Shown here piece by piece: positions 52,601 through 61,000 of a stretch of DNA of 64,000 nt (its first letter is position 1; each line of letters starts with the position of its first letter). Position numbers and translations under genes: made by a program. The stretch spans positions 32,001 to 96,000 of the IMG/VR virus record IMGVR_UViG_3300017917_001839; one strand, 5' to 3'. Origin of the DNA: a virus. Under the pieces are notes generated by a model. The model made no database searches. It saw nothing but the letters and a program-made list of their open reading frames with translations, and was not told the origin of the DNA.

Positions 52601-55600
52601 TTAGGTGTCCAATCAACAAAGTTTGCTGGCTCACCGCCAACACTCACTTTTTCTCTTGGCCCACTAACATCACTTGCTAGAGTTAAGAAGTAACCAAAGT
52701 TTCTATCAAAACCTCTAACTTTATAACCATCTTCTAGTTTTTCAATGATTACACCGCTATAGAAGTTTCTAGTCTTATAAGGTGAACTGTGAATTACAAC
52801 ATTAATATTCTCTGGTGGAACAATAAGACTTGTAGCATTACCAGATGAACTATACTGATCAGTGCGTAGGATCATTGTATCTTTGTCAACAAATCCTGCA
52901 AATCTATGACCTAGCTTAACGTTGAGTGTTCTTAGCTTATAGGCAAAGCTATTATTAATAGTTAATCCCTGGAAGTTCAACCAGCTGTTAATAAACTGAG
53001 TGTAACCAATATTTGTAATAAAGTTTCCAGCAGTATCTACTTCACCGTGTACACGGAAATGATCTGGTCTACTCCACTGCCAACGAGCGCGAGTTTCTTT
53101 CTCAACAATAAAGTCTGGGTTAGCAACAGTTCTTTCAATTCTAGTTGGGTCTGCAAATAAGGTAGCAAACTGTGCAGGCTTACCTAGCAATAGTGCTTCC
53201 GCTACAGCAAAAGGATAGTCTTCGCTGTATCTCCAGCTGATTTCTACTGGGGCGCCATCGCCAAACTTCCAATCAGCACTAATAGCATCAGTGTAAGAAT
53301 TTTCAATGATTTTATCGCTGTCAATTGCCTTTGTTAATCCAGAGGTAGGAACTGGTGCAGCATTGATAGTATTGTTTACAACATCAACAGGCAATGCACG
53401 ATATTTGTTGCCCCAAACCGCAGTACTAGTTGAGTGTGCTTGTGTGCCGCCGCCAACTGCATATGGGAACATTGGTTTGCCGCTATCGTCTATGGTAGCA
53501 ACATAATATCTAATAGGTGTGCTTGGGCTGTCTGGTGTAACACCATAGCGAGTATTATAGCGGTTTGCATAACCTGGCTTATTTTCAATTGCTTGATCTA
53601 AGTCAAAGTCCTCAACAAACATACCGGTGTGTGCGCCACCAGGACCAGTTTGACGAACGCCGGAACGTAGTCTAAATGGACTCTTAATGTTAACAATCTC
53701 ACTAGTTGAATCTAGCGGATCTTTATAACCGTATGGGCCATAGATAGGTAAACCGTCAAACGCCCAACCAATAATTGGAGAGTGTTCTGTGCTATCCCAT
53801 TCAGTTAAGCCTACAATTTCAGGGCTAATGTTATGGTAGTGAAATAGCCCGTTGACTGTGCTATGACTATATGTTGTGAATTCGTTGAAGTCTGTTACAT
53901 TACCATTATTGTAATGCCATTCGCCTTCGTCGTTCCAAGTCTTGGTTGACCTTGGTGTATAATATGCAATACCGTTAACCATAACGGCTACTGCATAGTC
54001 AGGCATAGTAGTTTCAGTTTCTGAAACTATTCTAGGAATTACATAACTTACATCTTGCTCTTCAATTTCACTGTGTCCAACAAAGTTTGGATGAAGATCT
54101 AGATCGTGATTAACTAACGCACGACCTTCAACGTAAATGTTACTCGAATCAAAGCTAACGTTAATGCCGTCAAATTCTAGGAAACTGTTTGTAGCATAGC
54201 CCAAACTTGCATTAGCAGTAGCATTTCTCCATGCTTCTGTTTTGGTTGTTGATCCAGTTGAAATTAAGTTGTATGGTGAAATTAATTCGCCATTTGCGTC
54301 AACAGGAATAACTTGATGTAGGCCAATTCTTCTGAAAGGATTGTTTTCTAGATATCTACCGTTGGAGTAGTTTTCTCTGGTGCCTTGACGGATAATACCT
54401 TCTTCAAGGTCGTCCCACATAGCAGTGTTATTGCTACTGTAATCTGTGCCGTACTGATCTACCCACCAGCTAGGTTGTTCAGTAAATCCTAGCATCTCCC
54501 ATGGATTAGTATTGGGACGGAAGGTGTCGTAGTAATAATCATACCAGCCCTTCCAGTAGCCACCAATATCTTGATTACCACGGTAGTTCCAAGTCCACGA
54601 ATCATCTGCATCAAAGAATTCATTGACAATTGGATCTACTCTGTTAGCAGCGGTCCATGTTGCAAAGTGGTAACGCATTAAGTCATACCACTCTTTGTAT
54701 TCAAATCCGGTGTTGCGGAATGCGCCTGGCTTCACGCTAGTTCTGTTAAGTTCTGGTAGGCTGTTTGCAAGTCTAAATTGAGACTTAGCAGCATTGTAAA
54801 TGCGCTTTTCAAATTCTAAGAGTAGTTCGTCTCGACGATCACCTAATGCAGGTGTACGTGAACCGTCGTGCCCAATAATAACATTAATTGGCTCTTTAAA
54901 GCTATAATCAGTATCAATAGTAGGCTGATACAACTGGAACAAACCAAGGATGCTCGGAGTAGGAGGACACTGTGCGCTGTCGCGTTCGCTGTCGTAGATC
55001 TTTAGTGAAACTGTATTGCCTAAATCGAGTGTAATTGAAGATCTATTAATCTCAACGGTAATAGGATTAAAGCTGGTAATTGTATAATCAGAATCAACAT
55101 TTAATAGTGTTGTTGATGTACCTGCTTTGAGGTAAACTAATAAACTGTTTTCAATTTCGTCTAGGTTTGCAAATGTTGATGAAACGAACTCAGAAGCAGT
55201 TCTATCATTAACAACAAAAGTTTCTTCAACATAGTTGTCGCCAAATGGAACTACGTATGTTCTGTTAAAGACATCTTTGCCAACCTTAAACGAAGTAACA
55301 TTTCTCAATACTTGTTCTAGAACATATTCGTTAGAGAAGTTGCTGATATCATACGTATTGTAATAGTTGCTGATTTCGCTCTTTAATCTATTCTTGTACT
55401 TTTGATATTCGCTAGAGTTAAATCTAATGGCTTCAACTAGATTATGTGGTTGACTGTCAAGCAGGAATGCTGCTAAAATAGCTGAGTGGTCAGTGTGTAC
55501 AATGTCAGTGGCCAGTGCAGCGTCTTTTGGAGAACTTGCAAAATTGTTTACACTTAATGCATCTCCTGCAAAGCCATCCTGAGCCTCAATAAACTTTTTA

Positions 55601-58014
55601 AAGTGTGGTAAGAACTCAGGTTCTGAAATTACATCAAAACTGTTATTATACGGACTTCTCCATGATAGGGGAACTTCATATTTGCTAATGCTATCGTACG
55701 AAATTAGACCAATGTCACTTAGTGCAGAGATTTCAATAAAGTCACCTGCTACAAAATTAAATTCATCAAAGTCAATAAATGTAGGTCTACTTGCACCGTA
55801 AGTAAAATCAGTGCGATTTACACCATTAACTTTAACTTCAATGTCATAGCCACTGTTCTTGCTTAAGTCCTGGCTTGGTTCGCATCCAATGAAGAAAGTC
55901 TTTGAGACGTTGTCAATATCAAATTGGTCAAGCGTATATGATGTATAGATTCGTTGTACAGATGGCTTACCGATAGTTTTCCAATCTGTTTGATATTCTT
56001 CGGTATCATCAATCAGCTTATAGAAAAAATATCCTTGTAGCAAAGTATCGTTTTCAGTACCAATTGGAGTGTAATAATATGGCTTTTGATTAATTTCTGT
56101 AACAAAAGCTATTTCACTGCTGGCTTTGAATGGTCTGTAATATAAATTAAATCCTAATACAGTATCTTTGGTTGCTGAACGTGTAATCTGTACTTCGCTA
56201 GAAATATCAACTAAATCTCTGACATATCCAAAGATTCTATTGCCTGCAAAAGTTGCGTTTGGATACTTACCTGGATCAGCAAGATATACACCAGCATCGT
56301 CATAAAGATTGAATAGTGGATCTTGGTTAACAGATAACTTCTCTTGGCAGATTGCTAAACCTTCACCGGTAAACTTATATTCTTTACCAATGTTAAATGT
56401 TCCGTTCTTAATCTGTACAACATCACCTTTGATTAATTCCCAAGGCACAAAGTTTTCGTCGCCGTCAACTGCGCCAGCTGGATTCAGCTCAGGATCGCCA
56501 ACACGTTGAACTTCAATAGTGTTAGTGCTGGTATTGGTAAATGCTTGATAGATAAACTTTGATATGCTTGGATCTTCGTTGGGGAAGATAATAGTAGCAC
56601 GTTCAACTGGTACGTCGTCAATTACTAAACCGGTTCTACTGCCGTCAAGCTCATCTAGCGTTAATGTAGTACATGCAATGTTTACTGCACCAACACCTCG
56701 AATACCATGATTGTATAATTCTAATCTGTGATCAAACTCGATAATAGGACGCTGCGCACGATATGCTTCGCTAGGAACAGCTTGCCCAGCATCAATGAAA
56801 TTGTTTTTGTGGTACCAAAAGTTTACACGACTCCATACGTTCTTGTTAGCTGCACCGCGGGCCTGCACAATGTAATCTGGTACGCTCTGTGATAGGCCGC
56901 CGCCCCATTGTAGGTCACCTTCGCCGTCGGTATCAGTATCTTTATCAAAGCTATATGTGCCACCTAGTAGATAATACTTGCCAGTGTTTGGGTCAACACC
57001 AGATTTAGCTTGACTTGATAAAATGTTAACATTGCTGCTGGTAATAGTGTGCATTTCATCAAGTATTACTGCACCTACGAAATCTTTACCAGTTTCACTT
57101 TCAATTGAAATTCGAACTTGATCGCTGTAATGATCGCCTGACGAATTAATAATAACAGATGTTACAGATCCGTTAGCATCAACTACAATGTTACCTGTTG
57201 CAGGCGTAGACGATGCGCCACTGAACACAACAACATCGGTATTGCTATAACCTGTACCACCATTTAGAACAGTAACACTCGAAATGTTACCAGCACTGTG
57301 ACGTATATCTGGATCATCGAGTGAAATAAAACTTGCGTCATAAACATCGTCAACCGGTGTTGAGAATCTTGTGCTAAAGTTATCAACTAGTGGAACAAGA
57401 TAGATTTTTTCACCAACACCTTCAACAATGTATTCAATGTTAAGTTGACTTGATGGAATTACGTATTCGCCTGCAAACTTAATAACCATACCACTGCGGA
57501 ACTCTTTGCCCACAGGTGGTGTAAATGCGTTCTTACCAATAATGTCGCGAGTAATATCAATTGGTGATTCCAGCGTACCTCTAACTTCAATTGGTGTTGG
57601 GCCAGCTGGATACCAATAATATTCTTGATAATTGATTAGCTTATCGGCATCAATTGGTGGCATGAATACATTGTATTTTTCGCCAAAAATTCTATTATGA
57701 TTTTTAATATCAACGCCGTAGGTGGCTAATGATTCAATAAACTCATCGTAGAAAACTAGGTTTTCGCTTACGCCTGTATTAGGATTTATATTATTAACCG
57801 TAGGTGTAACATTGTAAAAACGTCGAGTCACTGTAGGCTGTGGTACATAACTACCATTCACATTTACGTCATCGCTGGTCTTATTGCCAATAAAACCTTG
57901 AATGTTTTCAACGTTTGCTTTGCTGAATAATTGCTCTACTGTGCTTTCAAAGAAATTCTTTGTAGCTGTAGTTTGCAATACCCCGGGTAATTTTTTATAA
58001 ATTTTGTCTGACAT
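37678..58014 (-). CDS. Giant virion protein, 6778 aa (baseplate wedge-like) with YHYH and PA14 domains
   Basis: Uninterrupted 20.3-kb ORF after the gp6-like gene; repeated V/I-x-V/I..GxGY motifs; FHYH..SPIIGWAFDGLPIYGPYG; F.TTSDDAS..LEAGKYY. Confidence 0.85.
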   Translation of the reverse strand: MSDKIYKKLPGVLQTTATKNFFESTVEQLFSKANVENIQGFIGNKTSDDVNVNGSYVPQPTVTRRFYNVTPTVNNINPNTGVSENLVFYDEFIESLATYGVDIKNHNRIFGEKYNVFMPPIDADKLINYQEYYWYPAGPTPIEVRGTLESPIDITRDIIGKNAFTPPVGKEFRSGMVIKFAGEYVIPSSQLNIEYIVEGVGEKIYLVPLVDNFSTRFSTPVDDVYDASFISLDDPDIRHSAGNISSVTVLNGGTGYSNTDVVVFSGASSTPATGNIVVDANGSVTSVIINSSGDHYSDQVRISIESETGKDFVGAVILDEMHTITSSNVNILSSQAKSGVDPNTGKYYLLGGTYSFDKDTDTDGEGDLQWGGGLSQSVPDYIVQARGAANKNVWSRVNFWYHKNNFIDAGQAVPSEAYRAQRPIIEFDHRLELYNHGIRGVGAVNIACTTLTLDELDGSRTGLVIDDVPVERATIIFPNEDPSISKFIYQAFTNTSTNTIEVQRVGDPELNPAGAVDGDENFVPWELIKGDVVQIKNGTFNIGKEYKFTGEGLAICQEKLSVNQDPLFNLYDDAGVYLADPGKYPNATFAGNRIFGYVRDLVDISSEVQITRSATKDTVLGFNLYYRPFKASSEIAFVTEINQKPYYYTPIGTENDTLLQGYFFYKLIDDTEEYQTDWKTIGKPSVQRIYTSYTLDQFDIDNVSKTFFIGCEPSQDLSKNSGYDIEVKVNGVNRTDFTYGASRPTFIDFDEFNFVAGDFIEISALSDIGLISYDSISKYEVPLSWRSPYNNSFDVISEPEFLPHFKKFIEAQDGFAGDALSVNNFASSPKDAALATDIVHTDHSAILAAFLLDSQPHNLVEAIRFNSSEYQKYKNRLKSEISNYYNTYDISNFSNEYVLEQVLRNVTSFKVGKDVFNRTYVVPFGDNYVEETFVVNDRTASEFVSSTFANLDEIENSLLVYLKAGTSTTLLNVDSDYTITSFNPITVEINRSSITLDLGNTVSLKIYDSERDSAQCPPTPSILGLFQLYQPTIDTDYSFKEPINVIIGHDGSRTPALGDRRDELLLEFEKRIYNAAKSQFRLANSLPELNRTSVKPGAFRNTGFEYKEWYDLMRYHFATWTAANRVDPIVNEFFDADDSWTWNYRGNQDIGGYWKGWYDYYYDTFRPNTNPWEMLGFTEQPSWWVDQYGTDYSSNNTAMWDDLEEGIIRQGTRENYSNGRYLENNPFRRIGLHQVIPVDANGELISPYNLISTGSTTKTEAWRNATANASLGYATNSFLEFDGINVSFDSSNIYVEGRALVNHDLDLHPNFVGHSEIEEQDVSYVIPRIVSETETTMPDYAVAVMVNGIAYYTPRSTKTWNDEGEWHYNNGNVTDFNEFTTYSHSTVNGLFHYHNISPEIVGLTEWDSTEHSPIIGWAFDGLPIYGPYGYKDPLDSTSEIVNIKSPFRLRSGVRQTGPGGAHTGMFVEDFDLDQAIENKPGYANRYNTRYGVTPDSPSTPIRYYVATIDDSGKPMFPYAVGGGTQAHSTSTAVWGNKYRALPVDVVNNTINAAPVPTSGLTKAIDSDKIIENSYTDAISADWKFGDGAPVEISWRYSEDYPFAVAEALLLGKPAQFATLFADPTRIERTVANPDFIVEKETRARWQWSRPDHFRVHGEVDTAGNFITNIGYTQFINSWLNFQGLTINNSFAYKLRTLNVKLGHRFAGFVDKDTMILRTDQYSSSGNATSLIVPPENINVVIHSSPYKTRNFYSGVIIEKLEDGYKVRGFDRNFGYFLTLASDVSGPREKVSVGGEPANFVDWTPNISYKQFSIVRYQNSYYRAPTDIAGSATFDKSKWTRLSALPQVGAATGVLYQETTGELVRVDYETKFTTTDELFDFLISLGRYQKSVGFSFGEYDSSINAVRDWAYAAKQFLFWVTGNWEIGNTLELSPMATNVTFSTDLGFISKLNRVDRDQFVLMDAEGAVISPTECEIVREDNRIEIAPPAGRQIYSALIYTQEIEHAMTIDNLTVFNDVIYDPTINQKHSRFKLKAKRTANWDGRYITEGFVISGDELKPNLDNLAGTISRYNELGFVPVDKQIYQVARAQFGYQDKEYLRELDITDDQQVDFYLGMLQSKGTTTSLGRIARSNAIVQGNVTVYDEWALRVGDFGDTENDQSIELKLEKSEFLNDPQLITLAFPEDTTNIVEKIEVLERKHKYYSVPQIVISPPTSTGGIQATAEATLNSDGELGSITVTNQGYGYGTNPDQPIVGLKVIAGYVLADTVATKFNTVTALSSNSWVDTTGLTSIEITDHFGNANVVVDLSSVTSADELVSTINSAAGLGGNIVASVYRTDTDISGNADIDIGYTLGLSGNDFSIVNADAGLYLTSGRYQPRQRYAIETATNITSENILVSVDKNFVAGTNWVYDAGDRWSINTVSVADENQSLTLNLNTGTENDSTTIAAENIVLTDGQYPFVDVFVNGVKINNEPSQVLFSLTSSSITFTNISLLPKTVLTPAFDYTQSPPRTKYILPAQSVIKIVEKATVDFTDAYQGDVPGASLEIVVFTTDSIAIKLGTKRIYEITPDAKDDDVILIDIDDTERFLKKPLGVREHNLWPTTSDVDYSGIIDSKYPSIPNAGYVNPANVNFMSYDVASLPDLFEDNIIIKPSGNSYIHVAVSEDNDWNVYKLQPAGGLTYLADYAGDAKLYTTESLFNYIDSNQIGENDTTRYLDFFLTLKNANVSDNVVVWTNETIIKQNELNILDVEAPRMIEARIKSIGPHPTARIAITDIKPVSTYSYKNATISAADANNIVTVSGISIPTLAEGDAVSFNDAVGNTYTYSANLTYNGAGNVTVGSSNVAYVTASGHVTLTFTGNPTANNKQYYVESVNVVGNSFVVRSDYFANANVVAALSNVEYSVTAFEDFGDSNTYFTVSNVTPISFTVERPGTTARTVDVYHMTLSKLFTADAHGLQTGDVIRVASTAFSGAYNVRSVPTANSVVIAAPFFETENFSGNIITRGIQITTISNHGIQPIYARKKKRIAVHFADPKQYNQTYFIDSITPNTINILGRYPVDDTTYYYYDEKIAYANADANVVTVDAGMNLNDVTVMYLSNSFLVAKNMYTVEADGNVVFNNDILNEDANVSTGFIIAREPENVFNGRYPILTTIDHNKVKLNNSEIQIDSFNNLGGLATSINRAINLRRSAIVADGDQRVFKMGFNFLKDPQTPVSVSDTSSVKIPAGAINNYGPYVRDQQVINTAIGDNVKIVGKIPLSTNIEKVVDKGFNKGPIPKGPTYGFTYERDGQLYVWNPLIEDYTKYNVYTTEGDASLDATGPGNTATSDGTDSDTGVNPDGEDNEALETSIPVLPQGHDPNKPKLRIIPGSAEADPAVSTTMGVKWRGYVMKNPDGTDYTRTFSGVPGSGTYTGPRWRLKTSGEFIYEVYELVQNSAGKVYYILVDRVYPPAVAHNFFGTVNAYNDFDGLPLENLYYIANIRPYNPNQVDTVSANPNKYTINIPPVEPAWYVGKQLIPEPFARENGNGSDAELNFANLPQPMMIGASTVNDETRIAVNGNGMNTFLMWTPGLTPGQWVPDPKGPGSLIGAYDAPTYWGFGRGYYTENDGHRPDSERSPVTTAGAYPGKSVNGWTTRQQRFKYSNDFTVSPVINTREDNFVDSIVPPSDYSNAAITGLRPEEIFIACFWTEPHTYVNQLVGYDYKNVDSNGNPTPIYRDYEGTVTRVKYIRLTELPFDAVLRRPIPDTGWGGKGWKNGITDTTLLPTDPEFNPQFGDAENPWNAFDPTTPAVGGSTGDDDENDATGGTSTTTPAGAGTPPGLGTGFGRGFDPQSIPSVEDVPAVGGADNTPPAPIIHGGALAGLPTQCDIDQSNIPIPEVNVDTSNIPCFLRDSEEVLGLETEKNKDARSTQGAQVNETFVYKIVGNNPFMVFFDFSSAGTLANGITIEQAEDEAFTKGVQVVIDTSSTGTNKNVDDGEQIGVYGIDIVPGFGRSFVPMVNEAWFVDTEQVYANPVTYNAEIAALAVGPAGNPVGVKGYGFISRRIDCRKGEFVRVTVHKGVGNTVGTYRLAMYFTKRYERVVEPPPPPGCENATRGSRRFKDGAIIDKYVFSDAKTKNNKFLGLSFGGLFGKKSPGKDDGYFGNGAKGPLRNQGDNIYYPYQAHPTYKNQSGYSAKTADPNSANANGGLQESTQATTVAIASMEEYCTYEIKGYYKASATGTHTFKTTSDDASWIWVSDIDDTKPLEEKYKQDGHRPDDKRNYNWTNATVANGGLHPPASSTGTVSLEAGKYYFLRGVFGNNKKGGSFTLEVQPPGTSTFAPVEFTGRLCPGDPGYQDPSTSTGSTGTTTTGTTTGGTTGGTDTGTTPVTTPGGGGGGGDRQVTVPLTFDSPIYNPISTGGYTTSFGITGDTLSGVTGTSILTDRSSLVTPSMLDSSATLAGVQTSGFTGTGEGALITRLSAETQGLLTGGTGGGFISDVGRTIGGAADFVGGLAGDAFDLVGDVASAIGGGLKNIWEAIFGTKKNFSGYSSPSLTGYNFMPTTFKAINSNAKVVGPQRYGFEIPLRKDRYVNATSQRVTGGFVIPLAKKLEVVSRAPRPLNSVNIQNEPWFRSVAASLDKTMRGVVYQPTKISSTYYLPDGSTAIRNVVQTGPIAGRTGFDVTGTRSVIDRIGGNSYSNEQIGGVIPGQRGMDTVTLTPDLGDGVDFVPGVGVPPGSGGGTGGGGGGNPPVNYDNLGPSVPVPWEYLPVDTDEIEFSVVPTINITPLGLDDTGAYVRAGQPAVAPIARPTPSATISDEDLLGVQDNSEMYINDRKIIFRPGKSIKDIAAQINCANMGVKALIDTSTNQLKINSCTDAGFAVKNGCAGGRYKQVADFHIVRGFEQQRNTSQTISNTDVSLISTSSYNSEDQVYQPKTYSRYYKNDDGELINLNNDVTVGTSSTDGAFIPSQNISNTTTSVYATGGKGYRIGDRLRLVGGTPVNSTIGPLTTICIDEPGVGYTNAANLKIIIGDGNSPGIGASAIVTQLNANGGIAEIQMLNYGIGYDIAEPPPISVVDVGGQSSQSYITLDAANPSGTYSRNTVVLAQISRELPGGRIELDEKFFRVTANSVTFGNVYTDSASLTLSPVITTGNVSARNDEVTITTDPSIIALAQQPGYVTILCDETNATANLLNDKVFLITSINTSTNQIKIKDAFFGNANASFSANIAALTNVEVSVVEPFSSRGMTEVIDPRIGKVDAVLSAKVALSPDFVKTGDPSTAVANAFVEGFTSAAGPVRVAKFVVTGVDGEGAITSLKIIDRGLYKIFPADLTMGIPLEYDFEYLGNSPLPDNILGYADPIRDNAQYGPGHPVYAGAPFGGTKHPDWVGFREVRFDSKTRTFVEYQGTPGGYDPLTYVEIGGQKLSKQYAIDLNPLSPDYGNYVNPLELGGGTGARVFITSQDVPDCSEKSSAREDLGLPELVSDVNVPDALATMLNNALTGAGYSPDDIRFEVDPIGPGVGRLNLVSPKYPGVNIDTNNPGFLDKLGIPVGDYNTGMLCIQATISTPNPTEAEIDSTINNLYNTGAFGALTLEQQAELVGSQGAIEAPQVLSLLCVNTIEEWGWPGTPDKVVPGTNVNGGKPPSEDIKTYITDDLADPENGIPGDVTEDTSANNKFVDLTGALENNTADLIPNDGRFSESGTGDIGNLLFTGEVYRYDLQTIFGGRVTLNGSKQYNNTYVFQSQRFANETQLLNPVTGALDLTDFPKAWVDNYGGNGWAFFDNANVTPVRVQEPMVDVEYVKNSLVYDRENGDKEFDLHFWDPFKGVLPGFMRNEIHFITEQDPVSYNNARTNFGRNNIGKVWWDTSTLRYMWYEQGSNRERWLNWGRTFPGSTVTVCEWVESKVLPQNWTGDGTPRWVDRYVTERHWNDAEQKYEQYFYYWVQNRSKLDDRLTNIGRKLDVLTVARYIANPVGYGINLINFVSSNAFVLSNVATNLREDENIIQINLSRNLNPEGMKHTAWKLMREGDNNSTVPEHLTDKLIDSLCAENAIGQVVPDPLLSEVERYGIAFRPRQTMFKDIKEARRVLRSAINEILADIQLESNYSGWDADLPETLNYVERVTWYAVERIDLSTNTKIRYNSSYKPVFNVSSVSELEIYKNVNDGTVVQVNDPTGSRHQLWMYVAANDEYKLIAIKNETVRLSDRLYSDDTTAEMSDELRKFLQALVDTVFANNEYWNVVFFEMLKYAYAEQRQLSWAFKTSYIYIEKEEEDLIPTVGFKPDNFSKVIEYMNEVKPYTAKIREYKDGKRAPIEYIGQNSISDFDKPAYADRSTNTIRVLDDFDADDATIMANDPRYANYYSITNKAQLPFRHNNTKLVFDRTNWQLTQFGFNADTTTYNQSIAWNMANINSMSNADVGANSYLRAADRIFKFDPVVRAAFEAEVNNHVSQTYTGVTFAGSNTSITTNATLMYDIINSGNLDITLALVKEKVGGGFRGDTLDANVFTKFVEGFDSTTDLLTNFGYDTDPWDTVGWDQNIEVVNYEGIFSEATQGNITLRRNDTTYEGFDGATFKKILYGEERPEELALLDPLESLIMRVTTSIYPIGNSNTVIASTPINSTASNVTYQVHQNLFGETEYLRVLDNTQTKLAANVYSYSTEITVVDASILPEPKPGLPGIVWVGTERVLYERKVGNTLSLLTRGSAGTTAQDWIITDLLGNSVDVEVWNGAETETFNNLNPAANIWLEIGVRYNDPTPYDTIGWDSAGFDEATISGQTAISLTDRANADFANVTSLMKFVHNI

Positions 58015-58025
58015 TCTTACAATCC

Positions 58026-61000
58026 TTAGCGATCAGTACGTAATGTTTGCGAATTAATTTTTTCTACTATTTCAATATCGTTTACTGTGGCTGTGCTTAA
58101 AAACAGTTCGTTTGGTTCAGCTTTTACTTGGAATAAGTCACCAAACTTGCCGCTTGAGTTCTTTGGTAGAATAACGATACTACCGATGGCGCTGCCTAAC
58201 TGTTGGTGTACATAACTACTCAATTCAGTGAAGTAGAAAGTTTCACCAAATTCCCAGTTAGTTACATCAAAGTAATTGTTAAAGGCTGCAATGATTCTTG
58301 TTTTCAACTCGTTGTCGCTGAGTTGATTTGATAGTTTAACTACACGGAAACGTGCCTGGAATTCAGCATCGGCGTTTTGTCCAAACAATGGTTTGAACTT
58401 GGCACTGCGGAATACTAGACTATCGCTGGCGCTCTTGTATTCATTGAGATTTTCAAACTCAATGCTTAACTCAGCTGATGTTGGCTCTCTTGGCACTGCT
58501 CGACCCACAGGCTGCGCTTGGTACGCAATGATTTCGTTATAATAACTAGTTGTAAGTACAATCATTTCTACTACGTTACTAATACTTGGGTCAATTCTCA
58601 CATCGCTTGGTGCTACATGCTGCCAACGTATAATGCTTTGTTCCTGTGTTAGGCTTGTTGTGTTCTGTGTTGGGCCGCGGCCGTGTTTAACAAAGAAGTC
58701 GTTGGTTTGAATAGCACGTACTATATTTAAGTCAGTGCTACTTGGGGTCATCAAATAACAGGCGTCTTCTTCAACTGCATATACTTTTATACCCACTGCG
58801 CCGCCTAGATTATTTTCTAGATACTGTTCTACAATGCTTAGGTTCTTTACTAGAATCCAATCAACTGTGCTTAGTGTTGTATTGCTTACATAACTACCAG
58901 GACTAATAATATTTCCTGTAAAGTTTACAGAGATTGAATTTTCATAACGGTAATCTAGTATTACACCACTAACTGGTTTATCATAGCTGTAGCCGTCAAA
59001 ATCAGTATAGTATTCAAATAGCTGTAGGTCATCAGCATCAACATATTCAGCAAACTGTAACGGTCTGTCTGGGACCAAGTCGCTGTCAGTGTCATATGGT
59101 GCAACAACTACCTTACGTGGATCTGTATAGCCATCGGCGTATTTGTATACGTCAACTACTTGCCAAACAATATCTTTGTCTAAACTTTCTTTGTTATTTA
59201 GATAGTTTAATATTAACTGGTCTTTGTATACAATACCAGTACTGTCAGCTGATAAGTGATAGATATTGTCTTGTAAATCACTGTAAATTAAATTACCTGT
59301 CTGTGCAGAAATATTGCAATTTGCAAGATACAATCTGCCGGTGACGCCGGTATTCAATGCTGAACCATTTTCGCCGTATGAATAAACAGTAGTGTTACCA
59401 TGGAATATTTCTAGGCCAGTACCTGCATCATTAAATAATCTATAAGTGATATTTCCGTTAGCATCAAGGATGTTTGCACCAAAGGTTGTATTATTAAAAG
59501 GTATAACAATACTGCTTGGTATTCTTGAAAGCTGACCACTGTTATTTGCAATAGTAACGTTAGTGGTAAGGCTGCTTTCAGTACCATCATCAAAGTAAGT
59601 GTTTAGGCGAACAGTTGCTTCACCTACATAACGGTTACCACTTGAAGTGTTAACTATATCATTTAATGAGCCAGGTGCTGGATCAAAAAGTCCAAAGTTA
59701 CTTTTCCAATTTACCTCAACGTCATTCCACTTAGTGCCGCGAGTGCGCAAAGGAATATTGGTTGCAAAGTTTGCTGGCGTATACAGAGAACCATTTTCTT
59801 TGTTTCTCCAGTAGGTAATATTATTTTTACGGAACCACTCAATTGTTTCTGCACTACCAGGTTTAGTGTTTAGAGTGTTGAAAGTAATCAAATCGCTTGA
59901 TGATTTGTTATTGCTGTCAACTACTTTAACATTTTTAATATTGTAGAACTTTAGTTCGCTAACGCTTTGTACAACATAATCTTCGCCGCGAATAGTTACA
60001 TTATATCTGTAGCTTGAATTGTTAATTGGGCTGTATTCAAACAGTAATAACCAGCTACTATCTAAGCCTTGGCTAGATGTATTTTCTGCATAAGCTACAT
60101 TATAATCGGCAGTTTTATTAAGGTCTTTTCCAGCAATAACATACCAGTAGTCGGCTGAAACATTATATCCTAAGCCAAAAGTTGATTTGTTTCTAATAGC
60201 AGATCTAATTGAATCTGCTTCAGTGTTATTAAACAATTTTCTTAGAGAAGCAATTACTTCTTCAGCATACCAACTGTCATTAACTTCCTCGCTGAGTGTC
60301 CATGGGCCAACACTAGTAGTTAAACCGCTTGTTAGCGCACCGTTATAATCAACATTAACAATTCTTACCCACTTATAATCTTCTAAATTATTGGAGTTAA
60401 CAAACTTAATAAAATTGTTAACCTTAAACATTGCTGTGCGTGGATCGTTATTTGTCATAACAACAGTTTCACCACTGGTACTAAATGTCTCAGTCATGTA
60501 ACCTGTTTTACTTTTTCCGCTTAGTGGCAATGGCTTCCAGCGAACATTAAGTCGTGTTGTTTTAAATTTTTCTGATGAGAAATCTGTCCAAAGATTTCTC
60601 AATCCATAATAAACAAAGTTATTAAGTCTTTGTTCTTTGAGGTACTGCGGGATAATACCTGCAACAATTTCTGCTGCGGTATTATTATCATTTACAATAA
60701 TAGTTTTTGTTGAATTTCTATCTTCAACATATAGAATAGCATCTTTGGCAAAAGTATCTACATTATTAAATGAACCTGTTGGGTCATTGATATCAATATA
60801 GCGACTGTGACCAGCGTGAGTTCTATTCAATGCCTTAATTTTAGTAATGTTATTACTTTGGCTTAGAGGAAATACATTATAATCCTGCGCACTAACCATT
60901 CTGTTTTGTGCATAGTAAACTTGAGGCGCACGCTCTTTAATAGCTTCCAGTGACTCAGGTGGCAGACTGTTATTAACTCTGCGCTCTAGGCGGAATGTTA

